DNA of 64,000 nucleotides from an uncultured Gemmatimonadota bacterium (lineage in GTDB: Bacteria > Gemmatimonadota > CAZMKB01 > CAZNLH01): contig CAZNLH010000002.1 in the NCBI GenBank assembly GCA_964573995.1, positions 97,324 through 161,323 on the forward strand. Direction: 5' to 3'. Below are positions 60,944 to 64,000 of the stretch, in pieces; within the stretch, counting starts at the first letter, position 1; each line of letters begins with the position of its first letter. The notes below the pieces were generated by a model that was given only the letters and a program-made list of their open reading frames with translations, did no database searches and was not told where the DNA came from. The position numbers and the translations under genes are program-made.

Positions 60944-61573
60944 TCAGTTCTCTCCCACGGCCGATACCTGGACCGTGAGACCCGTAACATCGACGCTCCC
61001 GGAGATGTTCTCCGTACCGCCACCCGGCTCGATCTCGATCTCCGACGCCATTGCAATCTCTTTGTTCAGGAAGAGGTTTAAGACCCGCTGGTCGCCTTCT
61101 ATCAGGATCTCCTCATGTGATGTGGAGTCTGAGACCAGGTAGACTTGCTGTTCGAGGATGGGGTCGGTATTGAAGATGTTCTCTTCGGTGTCGTTGAAAT
61201 ATACCCGGTAGGTTATGGCCGCGCTCCCTGTCCTGTTGTTGAAGTCGATCGCGGCCAGTATCTCGATCGCACTGATGTCGGTGATGGTGTTGATCTCGTC
61301 TGGAAGAGGTATGATTTCCACGGGTGTCTGGATTGAAACCGCGGGAGAGTTGCCCGGTATGATAAGAGGCGGATCTCCATAAGAGATCGAGAGTTCATCC
61401 TCCGAGAGGAAACTTCGGACATCGACCCTTATGGTTACCACGGTGGTCCCGCAGGCGACTAAGACGGCGGCCAGGATAACGGCGAGCCGCCTTCGACCTT
61501 TAACGCGCGATCCGGGATGATGGGCGGTCTTTCTCAATTTCTGTACCCTCAATGCAAGTGCCCCCAGCGTCAT
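60944..61573 (-). CDS. Hypothetical lipoprotein
   Basis: Basic N-region followed by LAVILAAVLVAC lipobox; beta-rich; ATGA overlap with the upstream barrel gene. Confidence 0.6.
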   Translation of the reverse strand: MTLGALALRVQKLRKTAHHPGSRVKGRRRLAVILAAVLVACGTTVVTIRVDVRSFLSEDELSISYGDPPLIIPGNSPAVSIQTPVEIIPLPDEINTITDISAIEILAAIDFNNRTGSAAITYRVYFNDTEENIFNTDPILEQQVYLVSDSTSHEEILIEGDQRVLNLFLNKEIAMASEIEIEPGGGTENISGSVDVTGLTVQVSAVGEN

Positions 61574-62982
61574 GGAAAGGAGATGGACGTCGCCAGAGTC
61601 AGCCCTCGATGTTGATCGTAACTTCGGTCATGGGTTGTAAGAGCGATGTCGAAGTTGAAAATTTTCAATGGAATTCCCACTCCGAGGCTGAACTGTGCCT
61701 TGCCTCCCTGGTTGAATGCCCCGAAACGCAGGGCTATCGGGCCCGGACCGTAATAGGTCTCTCCACCGACCCGCATGATGAGGTCTCCGCTCGCCACTTC
61801 GGCGTTGTAGGCGAGGATGTAGTCTCCCACCTGTGGATTCTCTCCCCACCCGGTCTCTTCCATGCTCCGGTAAGCGAGGGAGAGTGAGAACGTACGTGGT
61901 GCGGTTACACTTAAGCCTCGGTCTTCGAAGATCGTTGTTCTTTGTAAGTCGTTTGTAGAGTCCTCGTAAACGAGAAGGTCCCTGCTTGCCCGCCAGTGGA
62001 TCTTGGTATACGCATCCTGTATGCCGAGACCGATGTCGAGGGAATTGAACCTCGCAAGGAAGCCGACATCGATACCGTAGCCGCTGCCCTTGGGGCCTAT
62101 GTCTCCGCTCTCCGGTATTGCGTAATCCATAGTGGTCGTGCTCGTCAATTGGGGGGGATTGTCGGAGTCAAAGATTGGATCGTATGTATGTATGTTGGAA
62201 GAATTGTTGAGATCGGCATAGGCGAATCCCATGATATATTTGACATTGATGCCCATCGAGAACTGTGGCCCTTCTTGCATGGACAGCAAGTCCGTAATAT
62301 TGAATACGTGCCCGGCATTTATGGACAGGCCAGAGTTGATCCTGCCGCTGCTCGTGACCGAGTAATCGGTGTTGGGAGCCATGGGCTGGGCTTCCGCCAG
62401 GACGTTCTCTAAGTTTTTCGACAATTCGAGGCTCCCTTCCATCAGGATGAATGGGGAGACGCTAAGGTGGATATCTTTGAGTGTAAGGCCTATCCTTGGC
62501 TGGCGGATATCGAACAGCCCAGTCTCCACGGGGCCGATTGGCGTGAATTGCTGCAAGTTGTCGAGGTCGACCATCAGGGAATTGTTGCTGATGTCGATGA
62601 AGATATTGGTGGAATCCGCCTTCTTCTCGTTGCGCAGTTCGAGATAGAATGGGGGATTGAGCAGGAGGTTGGCCAACTCCACTGCATCGAACGACGGGTC
62701 ATTGGGGTCGAAGGAAGGGAGATCCGCGAGGAAGGCGAACAGGCCGATGGGGATGGGGATTGTGTGCGGTGCCTTCTCTTCTATGTCGAGGTAAGCAGGA
62801 TTTAGTATTGAAGATTCGCTGTGGTAAGGGAGAAGTGCCCCTCCCATCGCGATCCTCCTGGCATCGAAGGAGAGGGAGAAGAGTCGACCGGGTGACAAGA
62901 CGAGAATGAGCACGAGTAGAATCGCCGCCTTGATGGGCTCGCCGTTGATGCCGGGGGACGTTTTTTCCGGGAAGAGGTTCAT
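61570..62982 (-). CDS. Predicted outer-membrane beta-barrel (DUF5723/FadL-TraF-like)
   Basis: Signal peptide; ARRIAMGG, NPAY, GYGIDVG, LRFG, ends LATSISFP. Confidence 0.6.
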   Translation of the reverse strand: MNLFPEKTSPGINGEPIKAAILLVLILVLSPGRLFSLSFDARRIAMGGALLPYHSESSILNPAYLDIEEKAPHTIPIPIGLFAFLADLPSFDPNDPSFDAVELANLLLNPPFYLELRNEKKADSTNIFIDISNNSLMVDLDNLQQFTPIGPVETGLFDIRQPRIGLTLKDIHLSVSPFILMEGSLELSKNLENVLAEAQPMAPNTDYSVTSSGRINSGLSINAGHVFNITDLLSMQEGPQFSMGINVKYIMGFAYADLNNSSNIHTYDPIFDSDNPPQLTSTTTMDYAIPESGDIGPKGSGYGIDVGFLARFNSLDIGLGIQDAYTKIHWRASRDLLVYEDSTNDLQRTTIFEDRGLSVTAPRTFSLSLAYRSMEETGWGENPQVGDYILAYNAEVASGDLIMRVGGETYYGPGPIALRFGAFNQGGKAQFSLGVGIPLKIFNFDIALTTHDRSYDQHRGLTLATSISFP

Positions 62983-62987
62983 TTGAC

Positions 62988-63016
62988 TTGTTGAAGAATC
63001 TCCATTTTCGTATAAT
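62988..63016 (+). promoter_or_regulatory. Probable aroA promoter
   Basis: TTGTTG, 17 nt, perfect TATAAT (63011-63016). Confidence 0.45.
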
Positions 63017-63143
63017 TGGTATTGCGGTAACGCCTCTTACGGACAGTCGGACGGATTGTGAGGGTCTTACCATGATCCTTCGGCCGTCTGTTTGCAACAA
63101 GATTTAGCAATAATTATGCCATTGCACAACGGTTTGGAGATTT

Positions 63144-64000
63144 ATGAAGTTATACAAACCGCCGAAAGTTTCAAGATTTTTTTACACGATGAGGCCTGAT
63201 GGTGACAAGTCGGTCGCGCATCGGGGAATCCTCCTTGCCTCGATCTCTGATGGACCGTCCAGGTTGCACGGCATCCCTCGATCGGAAGATGTAAAGAGGA
63301 CGATCTCTTCCATTCGGGCCCTCGGCGTTAGTGTGGTTCGGGAAGGACCCGACCTTGTCATTGCTCCGGGCCGAGGGAGGGAGTTGAAGGAGCCGAAGGG
63401 GGTGATTTCATGCGGCAATTCCGGCACGACCATGCGTCTCCTCGCCGGACTCCTTTCAGCCGGCGGAGGGCTGGCGGTACTCACGGGGGACGCCTCCCTC
63501 AACAGGCGGCCAATGAACCGGATAATCATCCCCTTGAGGGAAATGGGGGCGGAGATATACGGCCGCGACCACGACCGCTATCCGCCACTGGTGCTGATTG
63601 GCAGGCCCTTGAGGCCGATAGAATACGAGTTGCCCATCCCGAGCGCCCAGGTGAAAACGGCCATTATCCTCGCGGGACTGCTGGGAGGTGTGACGGTTAC
63701 CTTGAGGGAGCCGGTCAGGAGCAGGGATCACATGGAGATAATGTTGAGGGATCAGGGGGTTGGGATTGTGAGGGAGGGGGAGGTGATCACGCTAAGGCCG
63801 CCTCCCGGCCTTGGACCCCTGCACCTGCATGTTCCGGGAGACATCTCATCGGCTGCCTTTTTTATAGTCCTTGCGGTCCTGAGCCGGGCCGGGAGGATTC
63901 GAGTGAAAGATGTCCTCCTCAACCCGACTCGTACCCGTTTCATCGAGGTGCTCAGGAGGATGGGGGCTCGCATCGAGGTTCGGGAGGGGGGGGAGTGGAA
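63144..64000 (+). CDS. aroA: 3-phosphoshikimate 1-carboxyvinyltransferase (3' end outside window; missing from the ORF track because it has no stop)
   Basis: Translated by hand from ATG 63144 (GGAG RBS): PDGDKSVAHR, SCGNSGTTMRLLAGLL, GDASLNRRPM, SAQVKTAIILAGL, SRDHMEIML, VPGDISSAAFF, LNPTR. Confidence 0.95.
   Translation, partial: MKLYKPPKVSRFFYTMRPDGDKSVAHRGILLASISDGPSRLHGIPRSEDVKRTISSIRALGVSVVREGPDLVIAPGRGRELKEPKGVISCGNSGTTMRLLAGLLSAGGGLAVLTGDASLNRRPMNRIIIPLREMGAEIYGRDHDRYPPLVLIGRPLRPIEYELPIPSAQVKTAIILAGLLGGVTVTLREPVRSRDHMEIMLRDQGVGIVREGEVITLRPPPGLGPLHLHVPGDISSAAFFIVLAVLSRAGRIRVKDVLLNPTRTRFIEVLRRMGARIEVREGGEW

Overview
Gene-dense bacterial chromosome segment of moderately high GC, almost all housekeeping, with no recognisable transposase, integrase, CRISPR array, rRNA or tRNA. 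Several features suggest a diderm of the FCB supergroup (Gemmatimonadota/Latescibacterota/Eisenbacteria-like; this is inference): the kds-lpt-rpoN-hpf-hprK-mannose-type PTS-metK-ahcY gene order and proteins with FlgD/T9SS-like C-terminal domains. Contents in order: uvrB (5' truncated)-tsaE-tsaB-rimI; accD-folC; a compositionally atypical minus-strand block (GT2-GtrA fusion, ArnT-like GT-C, sugar ABC transporter); about 1 kb free of ORFs of 60 aa or more, holding a promoter-hairpins-terminator unit that looks like an undescribed ~130-nt sRNA; a lamin-tail/barrel/helix-hairpin-helix operon; GH57 and DUF3467; GT2; a disrupted secreted-protein gene; valS, Ig-like lipoprotein, PorZ-like propeller, GT2, selA, gmhB and two orphan Cys-containing ORFs; GH15; a PRTase; an Omp85-like barrel, VCBS protein and TonB-like anchor protein; a ~19.5 kb co-directional run from kdsB to a DUF151 nuclease; a second lamin-tail protein; a lipoprotein-barrel pair; and aroA (3' truncated). 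All calls come from reading motifs by eye, with no database searches. The best novelty candidates are the sRNA and neighbouring structured DNA at 13.0-14.0 kb and the LTD-barrel-HhH module at 14.0-18.6 kb.
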